64,000 nucleotides of DNA from the NCBI GenBank assembly GCA_963716175.1, contig OY970296.1, positions 1,760,001 to 1,824,000 on the forward strand, given 5' to 3'. The position numbers and the translations under genes were made by a program. Numbering within the stretch: the first letter of the stretch is position 1; each line of letters starts with the position of its first letter. This document shows positions 1 through 9,897 of the stretch, in pieces. Under the pieces are notes generated by a model. The model was not told where the DNA came from. It ran no database searches and worked only from the letters and a program-made list of their open reading frames with translations. Source of the stretch: an uncultured Armatimonadetes bacterium. GTDB taxonomy: Bacteria; Armatimonadota; Hebobacteria; Hebobacterales; Hebobacteraceae.

Positions 1-738
1 CTGATCGCCTCGCTTCACCACCTGGTTGATGATGCCGCCCGTGAAGCCGCCGTACTCCGGCGGATAGCCACCGGTGAACAGCTCGAGGCGGTCTAGGCCG
101 ATGGAGTCAATGTTGGTGGCGAACACATTGGCGTTGGGCTCGGTGATGGGGAAGCCATCCATGAAGTAGCCGACCTGGTTGGCGCGGGCGCCGCGAATGT
201 GAGGATAGAAGGTGTTATCGGGAACCACCCCGGGCTGAGCGAACACCAGCCCCGGGAACTGATACCGGTCGTTGGGCTGAGAGAGCGTCATCTGCTCCTC
301 GGCCGCGGTGACCACGTACTCCGAGGCCGTGACATCTCTGCGCAGCGCTACCCGCGGCGCGGTCACCTTGGCCGTCGCTCCCGCGGCCTCCACCACGGTG
401 GCCGTGAGCTTCACCTCCAGTGCCGTCTCCTGGCCCTGCACCACCACGACATCGGTGACCTGGGCCTCGACGTACCCCACCAGACTCACGACCACGGTGT
501 AGCTGCCGGGTGGGAGGCCAGTGATGACGAAGCGGCCCTGGGCGTCGCTGACGGTGCTGACGCGGGCCTCGGAAAGGGAGACATTGGCCCCGGATAGGGG
601 AGCCTGGGTGCGGGCATCAACCACCGTCCCCGAGACCACACCGGTTACCGCCCCCCAAGCGGAAACGCCGGCCACTGCCAACAAGACTGCGACTACTGGT
701 AGTAAGACTGCGATCGTTCGCCTGCTGGGTGCCCTCAT
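1..738 (-). CDS. TonB-dependent receptor, N-terminal part (signal peptide, carboxypeptidase-regulatory-like domain, plug); runs off the window
   Basis: Manual translation from ATG at 738: MRAPSRRTIAVLL...GVVSGTVVDARTQAPLSGANV...GRFVITGLPPGSYTV...HIRGARANQVGYFMDGFPI...GGYPPEYGGFTGGIINQV; last gene after exbB-exbD-tonB. Confidence 0.85.
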   Translation of the reverse strand, partial: MRAPSRRTIAVLLPVVAVLLAVAGVSAWGAVTGVVSGTVVDARTQAPLSGANVSLSEARVSTVSDAQGRFVITGLPPGSYTVVVSLVGYVEAQVTDVVVVQGQETALEVKLTATVVEAAGATAKVTAPRVALRRDVTASEYVVTAAEEQMTLSQPNDRYQFPGLVFAQPGVVPDNTFYPHIRGARANQVGYFMDGFPITEPNANVFATNIDSIGLDRLELFTGGYPPEYGGFTGGIINQVVKRGDQ

Positions 739-838
739 GGTGACTGCTCCTCTCTAGTGCCTGCCCTGCTCCAATTCCCAGCGATACCACGATTCCACGT
801 TTTGGCAGAAGTTGTGGGCGGTTGTTCTTTCCTTTGTG

Positions 839-1762
839 CTATCTCAGCTCGAATTCCACGGTGGCGTGGGTGTAGACGCGCCGGGGCTTGCCGTCCTGGA
901 CGGCGGGCCGGTAGCGCCACCTGTGCACCCATTCGCGGGCGGCCTCATCCAGCCGGCGATCCCCGCTGGAGGCCGTCACCTGGACGTCGGCCACCGAGCC
1001 AGTCTCGGTGACAAGGACCTCGAGCCTGACCGTGCCCGCCACCCCCTCCGCAGCCGCGGACGGCGGGTAGTCCAGCGTGCCCTTGGCCACCACCTCGGGT
1101 TCGAGGCGGTCGGCCACCCGGGAGACGAAGCCAGGCTCGGGGGCGGGCTCACCAGGAGTGCTCTCCCCAGCTCCCGCGCCAGGGCCGACACCCGCGCCTT
1201 CGCCGCTACCCTGGCCCGAGCCGCTCCCTCCACCGCTGCCGCTGCCAATCCCTGGGCCGGTTCCGCTGCCTGCGCCCTCTCCGCTGCCCGGCAGCTCTCC
1301 CACGGGGGTCCGCCCACCCGGCGGCGCGGGCAGATCGCCGCGGGGGCTGAGTGAACCGAGATCCACCGGTCCGCCGCCTCCCCCTCCGCCGCCCTGCCCG
1401 GTGCGGGTCGGCCGACTGGCAACCTGCCTCGCGACGCGCGCAGAACGTGTCCGGTTGGGCTCGCGGGCGGTGACCCGAGGCCGGGACAGGGCCCGGGGGC
1501 GTGGCGGCTGAGTCTTGGCTGTTGCCACTGGCGAGAGCGCGGCTTCGGCGCGGGTCGAAGCCGGCGCTGGTGGCGACCACTCCACCAGGTCCACCGGCGC
1601 GACTACCACGGGGGCCGTCTCCCGGAAGACGCGAAGCTGATCGAAATCGGCCGCCCGAGCGGACTCGGCCGGGAGCCGGGCGGCGGCCAGCAGCGCCGCC
1701 CCGTGAAGCAGCAGCGCGATGGCAAAGGCCCAGTTGAGATGCCTTTCCGCGGCGTCTGTCAT
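839..1762 (-). CDS. tonB: Energy transducer TonB with Gly/Ser-rich linker
   Basis: N-terminal TM (ALLLHG), Gly-rich linker, C-terminal YPPSA...GTVRLEVLVTETGSV...SSGDRRLDEAA...WRYRPA. Confidence 0.9.
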   Translation of the reverse strand: MTDAAERHLNWAFAIALLLHGAALLAAARLPAESARAADFDQLRVFRETAPVVVAPVDLVEWSPPAPASTRAEAALSPVATAKTQPPRPRALSRPRVTAREPNRTRSARVARQVASRPTRTGQGGGGGGGGPVDLGSLSPRGDLPAPPGGRTPVGELPGSGEGAGSGTGPGIGSGSGGGSGSGQGSGEGAGVGPGAGAGESTPGEPAPEPGFVSRVADRLEPEVVAKGTLDYPPSAAAEGVAGTVRLEVLVTETGSVADVQVTASSGDRRLDEAAREWVHRWRYRPAVQDGKPRRVYTHATVEFELR

Positions 1763-2187
1763 GGCGCTTCTCTCGCCGCCTCCACCGGCCGGGTGGCGAT
1801 CGCCATATAGGCGGCGCCGGCACGCTTCACCGCGTCCATGGCGCGGATCACATCTCCGTGGCGGAGGTCGGCGTCGGCGTTGATGACCACCATCAGGTCT
1901 GGGCGCTGGCGCAGGCGCGCCTTCACCTGTGCGGTGAGGGCCTGCGGCAGCACCCTCTGCTTGTCCAGGAACACGTTGCCGCCGCGATCCAGGGTCACCA
2001 CCAGGGAGCGATCGCCCCAGGTCTGGGGGTTGGCGGCCTCGGCCCGGGGCAGACTCACCGGCAGTCCGGCCTGGCGGGTCATGGCCAGGGAAGCGATCAT
2101 GAAGAACACCAGTAGGAAAGCCATGGTGTCAATCATGGGGATGAGCTCGATGCGGGCCTTCTCCACCGGGGGGCGCTTAATGCGCAA
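1759..2187 (-). CDS. exbD: Biopolymer transport protein ExbD/TolR
   Basis: IELIPMIDTMAFLLVFFMI and INADADLRHGDVIRAMD; TTG start at 2187 inferred from overlap with exbB stop. Confidence 0.9.
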   Translation of the reverse strand: MRIKRPPVEKARIELIPMIDTMAFLLVFFMIASLAMTRQAGLPVSLPRAEAANPQTWGDRSLVVTLDRGGNVFLDKQRVLPQALTAQVKARLRQRPDLMVVINADADLRHGDVIRAMDAVKRAGAAYMAIATRPVEAAREAP

Positions 2188-2848
2188 GGGGCACTCCCTC
2201 TCCCTGCATCGCGGGGTGGACGGAGCTACTGCCTGCCTCGCCCGCGGTGCGCAGCAGGTGCTCGAGCTGGGTGGCGCGCAGCTCGATCTCCTCGGTGATC
2301 CGGCGCAGCTTATCCCGGCACCAGTTGTAGCCGATGAGGCTGAAGATGGCGATGGCAAGGCCGCTGGCGGTAGCGATGAGTGCTTCCGCTACTCCGCCGG
2401 TGATGCCCGCGGGGTGGCTGGTGCCCTTGATGGAAATGATCTGGAAGGCGGAGATCATCCCCAGCACGGTGCCCAGGAGGCCAAGCAGCGGCGCCAGGGT
2501 GACGATGGTGTCCAGCACTACCAGCCGGCGGTGAAGCAGGCTCTGGCTGGCCAGCATCCGCTCCTCCATGGCCTCGGAAACGGGGAGGCCTACGAGGTGG
2601 GCGCGCAGCCCGGCGGCCAACACCTCGGCGAGTGGGCTCGCGGTCTCCTCGCACTGGGCCAGAGCTTCCGCCCCGTCGCCGGCATGGAGGGCGCGGCGGA
2701 TCGCACTCAGCACCTCGGCGCCGCCCCAATCTGCGCTGCGCAGCGCCAGGTAGCGCTCGACGATCACGGTAGCGGCCAGGAGCGAGCAGACGGCCAGCGG
2801 CACCATCACCAGGCCGCCCTTGGACAGGGTGGTCAGAACCTCAAACAC
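2177..2848 (-). CDS. exbB: MotA/TolQ/ExbB proton channel
   Basis: APLLGLLGTVLGMI and GGVAEALIATASGLAIAI motifs. Confidence 0.92.
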   Translation of the reverse strand: MFEVLTTLSKGGLVMVPLAVCSLLAATVIVERYLALRSADWGGAEVLSAIRRALHAGDGAEALAQCEETASPLAEVLAAGLRAHLVGLPVSEAMEERMLASQSLLHRRLVVLDTIVTLAPLLGLLGTVLGMISAFQIISIKGTSHPAGITGGVAEALIATASGLAIAIFSLIGYNWCRDKLRRITEEIELRATQLEHLLRTAGEAGSSSVHPAMQGEGVPLAH

Positions 2849-2986
2849 TATCTCCTCCCACGCTAGCAGTACGGGGCGTGAGGCGCGCGCACAGTGACCC
2901 CCGCCTGGCGGCGGGTGCCTCTGTCCCGTGTGTCGCAGGGAGTTTATTCCACAGATTGCCCAGTCGTTACAGCCAGGGCCGAGGAG

Positions 2987-3268
2987 GGGCAGGAGGCAAG
3001 TGGCTAGGCTCTCTGGGCGCTGGCTAAGCCCGACCTTGCCGGGCCGCTGGCTGGGCCGGCGGAGCCGGCCGCCATCCCGGCCCTATCGGGCCTAGAAGCT
3101 GTTTCATAACCTTCCCAGGGAGGTTATGAAACAGCACTGCACAACGTCAGGCCGTGGCAGGCGCATTTCATGCGAGGGCGTGGTGCGGCCAGCTAGCAGG
3201 TAGGTTATGAAATACGCTCTGGCGACACCCCGGCCCGGCGTAAGCGGGCCTAGGGGCTCCTGCCCAAC
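2987..3268. repeat. ~280-bp composite palindromic element, copy 1 (REP + nested twin-hairpin modules + inner MITE-like segment)
   Basis: Near-identical to 5845-6123; ends GGGCAGGAG...CTCCTGCCC; inner hairpin GCTGTTTCATAACC...GGTTATGAAACAGC at 3098-3135. Confidence 0.9.
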
Positions 3269-3284
3269 TTGAAGAGGGGCGCGA

Positions 3285-5666
3285 TCAGCCGAGAGGCAGC
3301 AGGTCGAAGGCACGGGCGATATAGACCGCCATCTGGTCGCGACTGCAGAGGTACTCCGGATGGTACCAGCCATCCGGATATCCGCCGGTTACGCCCGCGT
3401 CCTCGATGTACTGTATGTACTTGCGCGCCCAGAACTCACAGGGCACATCCGGGAACGGGGGAGCCTCGCATCCGAGGTCGGGTACGCCGGCCTCCCCCGT
3501 CGGGGTGGCGATGGCGCGGGCGATGAAGGCCGCCATCTGGCCGCGGTCAAGCTCCAGGGAAGGGCGGTAGACGCCACCGGTATAGCCTTCCACGATGCCG
3601 ACATCGTGGGCGTACTCGATGTACCTGTAGGCCCAGTGCTCGACCGGCACATCCTTGAAGGAGGGCTGGGCCGGGCCGGTCGGGACCCCGGCGTCGCCGC
3701 CGGCCAGGGCGCGGGAGATGTAGACCGCCATCTGGTCCCGGGTGACCACCTCATCGGGCTGATAGGAGCCGTCGGGGTAGCCCTGGACGATGCCCGCGTC
3801 GGCGCAGCCTTCGATCTCATCGAATGCCCAGTGATCCAGCCCCACGTCATCGAACCTGAGTATCCTCAGCCTGACCACCTGGCCATCGCCCTGGTCGGCA
3901 ACCCAGAGGGTTCGCTGGACGGGGTTCAGCGCGATGGACCAGGGCATGAAGAAGTGTCCGCCACGCCAGCGCTCTGTGCCGTCGGCCGCCAGGTGGACGA
4001 TCTGCCACTGTCCGTCATCGCCGGCCCAACACGATCCGTCCCGCGGGTTCACCGCCAACGTCAGAGGCGCCCCGAGGAAACGGGAAGTCTCGAAGCGACC
4101 GCCGCGCCACAGCTCTGTGCCGTCCGCCGCCAGATGCACCACCTGATTGCGCCCATTGTCAGCCACCCAAACCGACCCATCCGTGGGGTTGGCGGCGAGG
4201 AAAGCCGCGACACCGAACTGGCCGCCCTCCCACAGCCTCGTCCCGTCCGCGGCGAGATGGAGCACCGTGGTGTAGAGCGCCACCCAACATGAGCCATCGG
4301 TGGTGTTCACGGCAACAGGATCCGGCATCAGCAGCGGTGAGCTCCGCCACAACTCCGTCCCATCAGAGCCAAGATGGAAGACGATACCAGCATCCAGGTT
4401 GGTGACCCAGCAGGAGCCATCGCTTGGGTTCACAGATACCGAACTGGGAGAGGCGAATCTGTCGGAGCGCCAGATCTCTTTGCCATCTCCACTGAGGTGC
4501 ACGACCTGGTGGTTCCCGTTGTCGGCCACCCAGCAAGAACTGTCCGCAGTGTTGACCGCCACAGAGTAGGGCTGCGCGAAGCCACGCGCCTGCCACATTA
4601 GCGCGCCGTCTGACGCCAGGCGGACGATCTGGCTATCGGTGAGATCGGCGACATAAGCGGAGCCGTCCCCGGGGTTGACGCTGACTGAGAATGGCATTGC
4701 CAGCCAGCCGCCCCGCCACAGCTCTGCAGCATCTTTGGAGACATGGACCACCTGGCCGTGTTGCCAGTCCCCAACCCAGCAGGAGCCGTCTGCAGGGTCG
4801 GTTGAGAGCGGTCCTGTCGCAATGCCCCCGCGCGACCACAGCTCCACTCCAGCGGGCGATAGGAGCATAAGCTGCCCCGCGCCCGAGTCGCTTACATAGC
4901 AGGTGCCGTCCACGGGGTTGACTGAGAGGGAATCAACGCTGGCAAATACCGTGCTGCTCCATAGCTCCTGGCCGTTCTTGTCCAGATGCACCAGCCGGCC
5001 CGGTTCAGCCTCGCCAACCCAGCACGAGCCGTCGCCCTCGTTCACAGCTATAGCTATGGGATGTGAGGGCTCTGCGCTCCGCCACAGCTCCGTTCCGTCC
5101 TCGGCCAGGTGCACCAGAATGTTGATCGAGGAGTCTGCCAGCCAGCAGGAGCCGTCGAGGCGGTTCGCGGCAAGCTCGTTCGGAGTGCTGAACCCACCGC
5201 CCCGCCAGAGCACAGTTCCGTCCTTGGCCAGCTGCGCGACCTCGCCCACCGCCGTTTCCCCCGACCAATCGTACCCGCTCACCCAGCAGGTGCCATCCGA
5301 GTTGTTGACCGCGACCGCCTGCGGGCCCTTGAACGGGCCCCCGCGCCACAGCTCAGTTCCGTCGGGGGCAAGATGAACGATCTCGAGGTGCCGAGTGTCC
5401 GCGACCCAGCATGTCCCGTCATTGGAATTCACGGAGACGGAACTCGGGCCCCAGAAGCTATCCGTCTGGCTGAGCACTGTGCCGTCCTTCGCCAGGTGCA
5501 TCACGCTGCCGCCGATAGCCAGCCACGCGGACTGATCCGAGGGGTTGACGGAGACAGAACTCGGCCGGCCGAATGGGCTCCGCCAGGTCTCGACGACATT
5601 CTCGGAACGCGCAGTCGTGACCAACGAGAGGAGAAGAAGCGCCAACATAACGGGCCTTGCACTCAT
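3285..5666 (-). CDS. Secreted beta-propeller (NHL-like repeat) protein with three C-terminal SLH domains
   Basis: Signal peptide; many ~40-aa repeats SVSVNPxDGSCWVAD...VVHLAxDGTELWRGG; SLH motifs FDDVGLDHWA...GIVQGYPDGSYQP...TRDQMA. Confidence 0.85.
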   Translation of the reverse strand: MSARPVMLALLLLSLVTTARSENVVETWRSPFGRPSSVSVNPSDQSAWLAIGGSVMHLAKDGTVLSQTDSFWGPSSVSVNSNDGTCWVADTRHLEIVHLAPDGTELWRGGPFKGPQAVAVNNSDGTCWVSGYDWSGETAVGEVAQLAKDGTVLWRGGGFSTPNELAANRLDGSCWLADSSINILVHLAEDGTELWRSAEPSHPIAIAVNEGDGSCWVGEAEPGRLVHLDKNGQELWSSTVFASVDSLSVNPVDGTCYVSDSGAGQLMLLSPAGVELWSRGGIATGPLSTDPADGSCWVGDWQHGQVVHVSKDAAELWRGGWLAMPFSVSVNPGDGSAYVADLTDSQIVRLASDGALMWQARGFAQPYSVAVNTADSSCWVADNGNHQVVHLSGDGKEIWRSDRFASPSSVSVNPSDGSCWVTNLDAGIVFHLGSDGTELWRSSPLLMPDPVAVNTTDGSCWVALYTTVLHLAADGTRLWEGGQFGVAAFLAANPTDGSVWVADNGRNQVVHLAADGTELWRGGRFETSRFLGAPLTLAVNPRDGSCWAGDDGQWQIVHLAADGTERWRGGHFFMPWSIALNPVQRTLWVADQGDGQVVRLRILRFDDVGLDHWAFDEIEGCADAGIVQGYPDGSYQPDEVVTRDQMAVYISRALAGGDAGVPTGPAQPSFKDVPVEHWAYRYIEYAHDVGIVEGYTGGVYRPSLELDRGQMAAFIARAIATPTGEAGVPDLGCEAPPFPDVPCEFWARKYIQYIEDAGVTGGYPDGWYHPEYLCSRDQMAVYIARAFDLLPLG

Positions 5667-5844
5667 TCTTGCCCCTTGTCAAGCAGTTCGGCCCGCGCGG
5701 AGCACAGAGCGGAATGTCAATGCGATTATACCATCTGCTCGCCGTGTCTGGTTGACAGTGGCGAACAGGGGCCCGGAGGCAAGTCACCAGAGGCGACTGA
5801 AGTTCACCCGCCTCGGCCGGGCCCCTGCCCAACGAGGCAACGAT

Positions 5845-6123
5845 GCAGGAGGCAAGTGGTCAGGCCCTCTGGGCGCTGGCTAAGCCCGACTTCGCCGGGC
5901 CGCTGGCTGGGCCGGCAGAGCCGGCCGCCATCCCGGCCCTATCGGGCCTAGAAGCTGTTTCATAACCTTCCCAGGGAGGTTATGAAACAGCACTGCACGA
6001 CGTCAGGCCGTGGCAGGCGCATTTCATGCGAGGGCGTGGTGCGCCAGCTAGCAGGTAGGTCATGAAATGCGCTCTAGCGACACCCCGGCCCGGCGTAAGC
6101 GGGCCTAGGGGCTCCTGCCCAAC
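5845..6123. repeat. ~280-bp composite palindromic element, copy 2
   Basis: Direct repeat of 2987-3268 with scattered substitutions; flanked by CCTGCCCAACGAGGCAA on both sides. Confidence 0.9.
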
Positions 6124-6168
6124 GAGGCAAGTTCGATACACGCCTACGGGGGAGGCAGCTCAGCCGCG

Positions 6169-6417
6169 CTAAGTGCTCTGCTCGCGGAAGGCAGCCAGAT
6201 CCGGATGCCGCGGCGCGACCGCGAAGATGTAGATGATCTCCAGGATGCCAACCGTGTTCAGGATGACGAGCAAGATGAACCAGACAATCTGGTCGCGGCG
6301 GGCGGCGTACCAGAGGGCGACGGCTTTCCAGACATAGCCCCACAGCAACAGCAGCACGATCACAAGCAGGAATGCACGCGGTGGCATCCCTGCTGTAGCG
6401 TCCCCAAGGCCGAACAC
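6169..6417 (-). CDS. Small membrane protein, DUF5652-like
   Basis: LLWGYVWKAVALWYAARRDQIVWFILLVILNTVGILEIIYIF pattern. Confidence 0.7.
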   Translation of the reverse strand: MFGLGDATAGMPPRAFLLVIVLLLLWGYVWKAVALWYAARRDQIVWFILLVILNTVGILEIIYIFAVAPRHPDLAAFREQST

Positions 6418-6636
6418 AGGCGTTCTCCCTCCGATACAGGTTGGGCGTCAGCAGGCATTCTACCAGAAGATGGGGGGAGAGCGAAGCATGACAGCAGGGC
6501 AGACCTCTGCGGCAATCCGCAGCAGGCGGGAAAAGCTGGTCACGCCCGGGATGCAGATTGCCGGCCCACGCGGCAGGCAAGCCGGCCTGGGGAGCGAAGC
6601 AGGCGGCAGCAGGTAGCCCGAGTGGGAGGTGCGGGA

Positions 6637-6909
6637 GTGAGCGAACAGGCAGAAGCTGCGGAGGGAAAGCCGATCGGCGAGGTCACGCACTATTTCGGCC
6701 ACATCCACGTGATGGCGGTGGACCTCACTGGCAACCTGGCGGTGGGCGAGAAAATCCGGATCAAGGGGCACACCACAGACCTGGTGCTGACCGTGGGCTC
6801 GATGCAGATCGAGCACCAGAACGTCTCCCAGGCTGGTCCAGGGGACTCGGTGGGCATCGAGGTGGCGGAGAAGGTGCGGCCCGGGGACAGCGTGTACCGC
6901 GCTGGCTAG
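6637..6909 (+). CDS. Translation elongation factor-like beta-barrel protein (U32 C-terminal-like)
   Basis: IGEVTHYFGHI...VGEKIRIKGHTTD...VGSMQIEH...GDSVGIEVAEKVRPGDSVY; GGAGGT SD before GTG at 6637. Confidence 0.75.
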   Translation: MSEQAEAAEGKPIGEVTHYFGHIHVMAVDLTGNLAVGEKIRIKGHTTDLVLTVGSMQIEHQNVSQAGPGDSVGIEVAEKVRPGDSVYRAG

Positions 6910-7184
6910 CCAGTGGGCCGGGCCCGCCGACTGGTTCCAGGATCCGGCAGCCGCGGGCGGGGCTGCGGGGCGAGCGGCCTCAAAAAGGGGGGAGGGGGGC
7001 ACTTGCGGGAGCGAGCGCAAGCGTGGTACAATGCGTGGCAATCCAGCGCAGCGGGGGGCAACAGGGCCCGGGCGAGCCGATCGCAGCCACGACCTTCCCA
7101 GCGAGCCGATCCTACTCTGCCTCATTTGTCCATCATCCCGAGGAGAGCTCAGCGGAGCGCTCGCAGGGGGGAAGGCAGGGTGCG

Positions 7185-7445
7185 ATGGGAAAGCCGCCGG
7201 CTCCGCCGACCTTGATCTACGATCATTCGTCGGATCCGGAGGACCAGCTCTGGGACCGCTTGCACGCCCGATCCCAGCTGGCTCCGGAGCTACGCGTGAT
7301 CGTCCACCTCAAGTCTGGGGCCACGCTGGTCGGACACCTCCGCTACTACAACAACTTCCACCTCACGGTAGCTTCCGAAGGACAGCTACGGGACGTGCTG
7401 TACCGGGACGTGGCGCACATTCTGCAGGCCTCGGAAGTGATGTAG
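7185..7445 (+). CDS. Small protein with probable Sm/Hfq-like fold
   Basis: VIVHLKSGATLVGHLRYYNNFHLTV resembles the Sm1 motif; the Hfq YKHAI motif is absent. Confidence 0.45.
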   Translation: MGKPPAPPTLIYDHSSDPEDQLWDRLHARSQLAPELRVIVHLKSGATLVGHLRYYNNFHLTVASEGQLRDVLYRDVAHILQASEVM

Positions 7446-7508
7446 CCAGGCCGAAGGCTGGCCCGCCTGAGGTGGGCCTAGGCGGCCCGCCCCGCGGCGG
7501 CGGGGTGG

Positions 7509-8972
7509 TCAGGCCTGGGGCCTCATCTGGGGGAAGAGGATCACGTCGCGGATGGAGGGGGCATCCGCGAGCAGCATCACCAGGCGGTCCACGCCCAGGC
7601 CAATGCCACCCGTGGGCGGCATTCCGTACTCCAGTCCGCGAACGTAGTCTTCGTCCATGGGATGGGCCTCCAGGTCACCGGCCGCCCGCGAGCGCGCCTG
7701 CTGCTCGAAGCGCCGCCGCTGCTCCTCCGGATCGTTCAGCTCGGAGAAGGCGTTCCCCAGCTCCAGCCCCCCGATGAAGGGCTCGAAACGCTCGGCCAGC
7801 CCGGCATCATCTGATCTGGCCTTGGCCAGTGGGGAGATGGCGACAGGGTAGTCGGTGATGAAAGTAGGGGCGATCAGGGAGGGCTGGACGAACTCCTCGA
7901 AGATGTTGTTGACGATGGTGCTGAGCGGCAGGTCCGGCTCAGCGGGGAGGCCCTTTGCGGCCGCGGCCTGCCGGGCCTGCTCCGGGGTGGCGAGCTGCCG
8001 AGGGGAGATGCCGGCCTTCTCCTCAATCACGTCCGGGAGGGCGAGCCGGCGCCAGGGGGGAGTGAGGTCCACCTCCTGGCCCTGATAGGTGAAGTGCAGC
8101 TTTCCCAAGGCCTCCTCGGCGGCGGCGCAGACCATGCCCTCGAACAGCGTCATCATGTCATGGTAATCGGCGTAGGCCTGATAGGCCTCCAGCATGGTGA
8201 ACTCGGGGTTGTGGCGGGTGGAGATTCCCTCATTGCGCAGCACGCGGCCGATCTCGTAGACTCGCTCCAGGCCGCCCACGATCAGCCGCTTCAGGTAGAG
8301 CTCGGTGGCGATGCGCAGATAGAAGTCGGCGTCCAGGGCGTTGTGGTGCGTGATGAAGGGCCGGGCGAGCGCGCCCCCGGGGATGGGCTGGAGCATGGGC
8401 GTGTCTACTTCCAGGAAGCCGCGCTCGTCGAGGAAGCGGCGCAGCGCGCTCACGGCCTTGCTGCGGATGAGGAAGGTGCGTCGGGAATCCTGGTTGGCGA
8501 TCAGGTCCAGATAGCGCTGGCGATAGCGGAGCTCGACATCCCGGAGGCCGTGCCACTTCTCGGGAGGCGGCCGGAGCGCCTTGGCGAGCAGGAGGAAGCT
8601 GGCGACCTCGACGGTGATCTCGCCAGTGCGAGTGCGCAGAGCCACTCCCTCTGCGCCAAGCAGATCGCCGGTGTCGAGGCTGGGTAGCCGGAGGTACTGC
8701 TCTTCGCCGAGGCGGTCGAGCCGGAAGAGGAGCTGAATCCGCCCGGAGACATCGTCGAGGTCGGCGAAGGTGGCCTTGCCGTGTCGGCGCTGGGCGCCGA
8801 GGCGGCCAGCGACCCGGACGTGGGCCCCCTCCAGGGAGGGGAAAGAGTCGTGGATCTGGGCGGCGAGGTGGGTGCGGTCGAAGCGGGTGATGAGGAAGGG
8901 GTCGCGGCCTGCGGCGCGGAGGCGGGCTAGCTTTTCCCGGCGCTGGCGGACCAGCTCGTTGTCATCTCGCAC
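7509..8972 (-). CDS. lysS: Lysine--tRNA ligase, class II
   Basis: YRQRYLDLI, LRIATELYLKRLIVGGLERVYEIGR, HNPEFTMLEAY, GMPPTGGIGLGVDRL; start approximate. Confidence 0.97.
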   Translation of the reverse strand: MRDDNELVRQRREKLARLRAAGRDPFLITRFDRTHLAAQIHDSFPSLEGAHVRVAGRLGAQRRHGKATFADLDDVSGRIQLLFRLDRLGEEQYLRLPSLDTGDLLGAEGVALRTRTGEITVEVASFLLLAKALRPPPEKWHGLRDVELRYRQRYLDLIANQDSRRTFLIRSKAVSALRRFLDERGFLEVDTPMLQPIPGGALARPFITHHNALDADFYLRIATELYLKRLIVGGLERVYEIGRVLRNEGISTRHNPEFTMLEAYQAYADYHDMMTLFEGMVCAAAEEALGKLHFTYQGQEVDLTPPWRRLALPDVIEEKAGISPRQLATPEQARQAAAAKGLPAEPDLPLSTIVNNIFEEFVQPSLIAPTFITDYPVAISPLAKARSDDAGLAERFEPFIGGLELGNAFSELNDPEEQRRRFEQQARSRAAGDLEAHPMDEDYVRGLEYGMPPTGGIGLGVDRLVMLLADAPSIRDVILFPQMRPQA

Positions 8973-9000
8973 CCCTTCGCCCCTGTGCGCCACGCGCCGC

Positions 9001-9474
9001 TCACTCGCCGAGGGACAGAATGACGTAAGTGCGGGCCCCGCCGGGGGTCTGCACCTGCAAGGTCTCGCCTGGGCCATGCCCGATGACGGCCTCACCCAAA
9101 GGAGACTGGTTGGAGATGCGATGCTCGGCCGGATTGGCCTCGAGCGCGCCCACGATGTGGTACTCGGCCTCTTCGCCGCTGTCCACATCCCGGAGCTTGA
9201 CCCGGGAACCGACGCCTACCCGCCCCTGGTTGTCGGGGTGGTCCACGATCACGGCGTTGTGGAGAATATACTGAAGGGCCTCGATGCGGCCCTCGAGCTG
9301 GGCCTGCTCGGCCTTGGCGGCCTCGTACTCCGAGTTCTCCCCGATCTCACCGAACTGCTTGGCCTCCCGGATGCGGTCGGCGACGCGCTTGCGCGCCACC
9401 GACTTGAGTTCGTCCAGTTCGGCGGTGAGCTTCTTCAGGCCCTCTGGAGTAAGGACGGTCTCCTGCTTCGCCAT
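9001..9474 (-). CDS. greA: Transcription elongation factor GreA
   Basis: LTPEGLKKL, ENSEYEAAK, ISNQSPLGEAVIG. Confidence 0.95.
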   Translation of the reverse strand: MAKQETVLTPEGLKKLTAELDELKSVARKRVADRIREAKQFGEIGENSEYEAAKAEQAQLEGRIEALQYILHNAVIVDHPDNQGRVGVGSRVKLRDVDSGEEAEYHIVGALEANPAEHRISNQSPLGEAVIGHGPGETLQVQTPGGARTYVILSLGE

Positions 9475-9897
9475 CTCACCTGCTCCCAGCGCTCAGGCCC
9501 CCGCCTGAGGGAGCTGCTTGCGCTGCGGCGGCAGATCTGTGTGCGATTTGAGCAAGAAGCTCGGATCCACGAGTGTCGGGCACATACCGCGCGCCACTGC
9601 CATGCTCAGAACTCGCCAAATAAGCGATAAGCACTGACCCTCTCCTGGGTGCCAGAAGCGATCAGTGCCGTTCCATGAGTGCACATGAAACAAGAAAAAC
9701 ATACCACAAAACGCCGCCCAAGTCAATTGCAGGAGAGCAGGATGTGTCAGCAGCGCCGGGCAGGGGAATGCCTGCCCGGCAAAGGGCCTGCGTTGTGGCG
9801 CCGCGGCGGGCGTGCTATAATCGGCGGGACCACACCGCAGCGACTCTGGCGATGCTCGCCGCGGGGAGGGCCCAGGGCCAGGCAGGGCAGGAGAGCA

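Noticed and set aside
2849-2986. Cobalamin or ZTP riboswitch upstream of exbB-exbD-tonB-receptor
   Set aside because: No B12-box core is visible. The GACTG...GTGGAATAAAC resemblance to a ZTP aptamer lacks the pairing CCAC strand and the downstream pseudoknot.
3880-5600. DNA-level tandem repeats in the SLH gene
   Set aside because: Explained by diverged beta-propeller blade repeats at the protein level.
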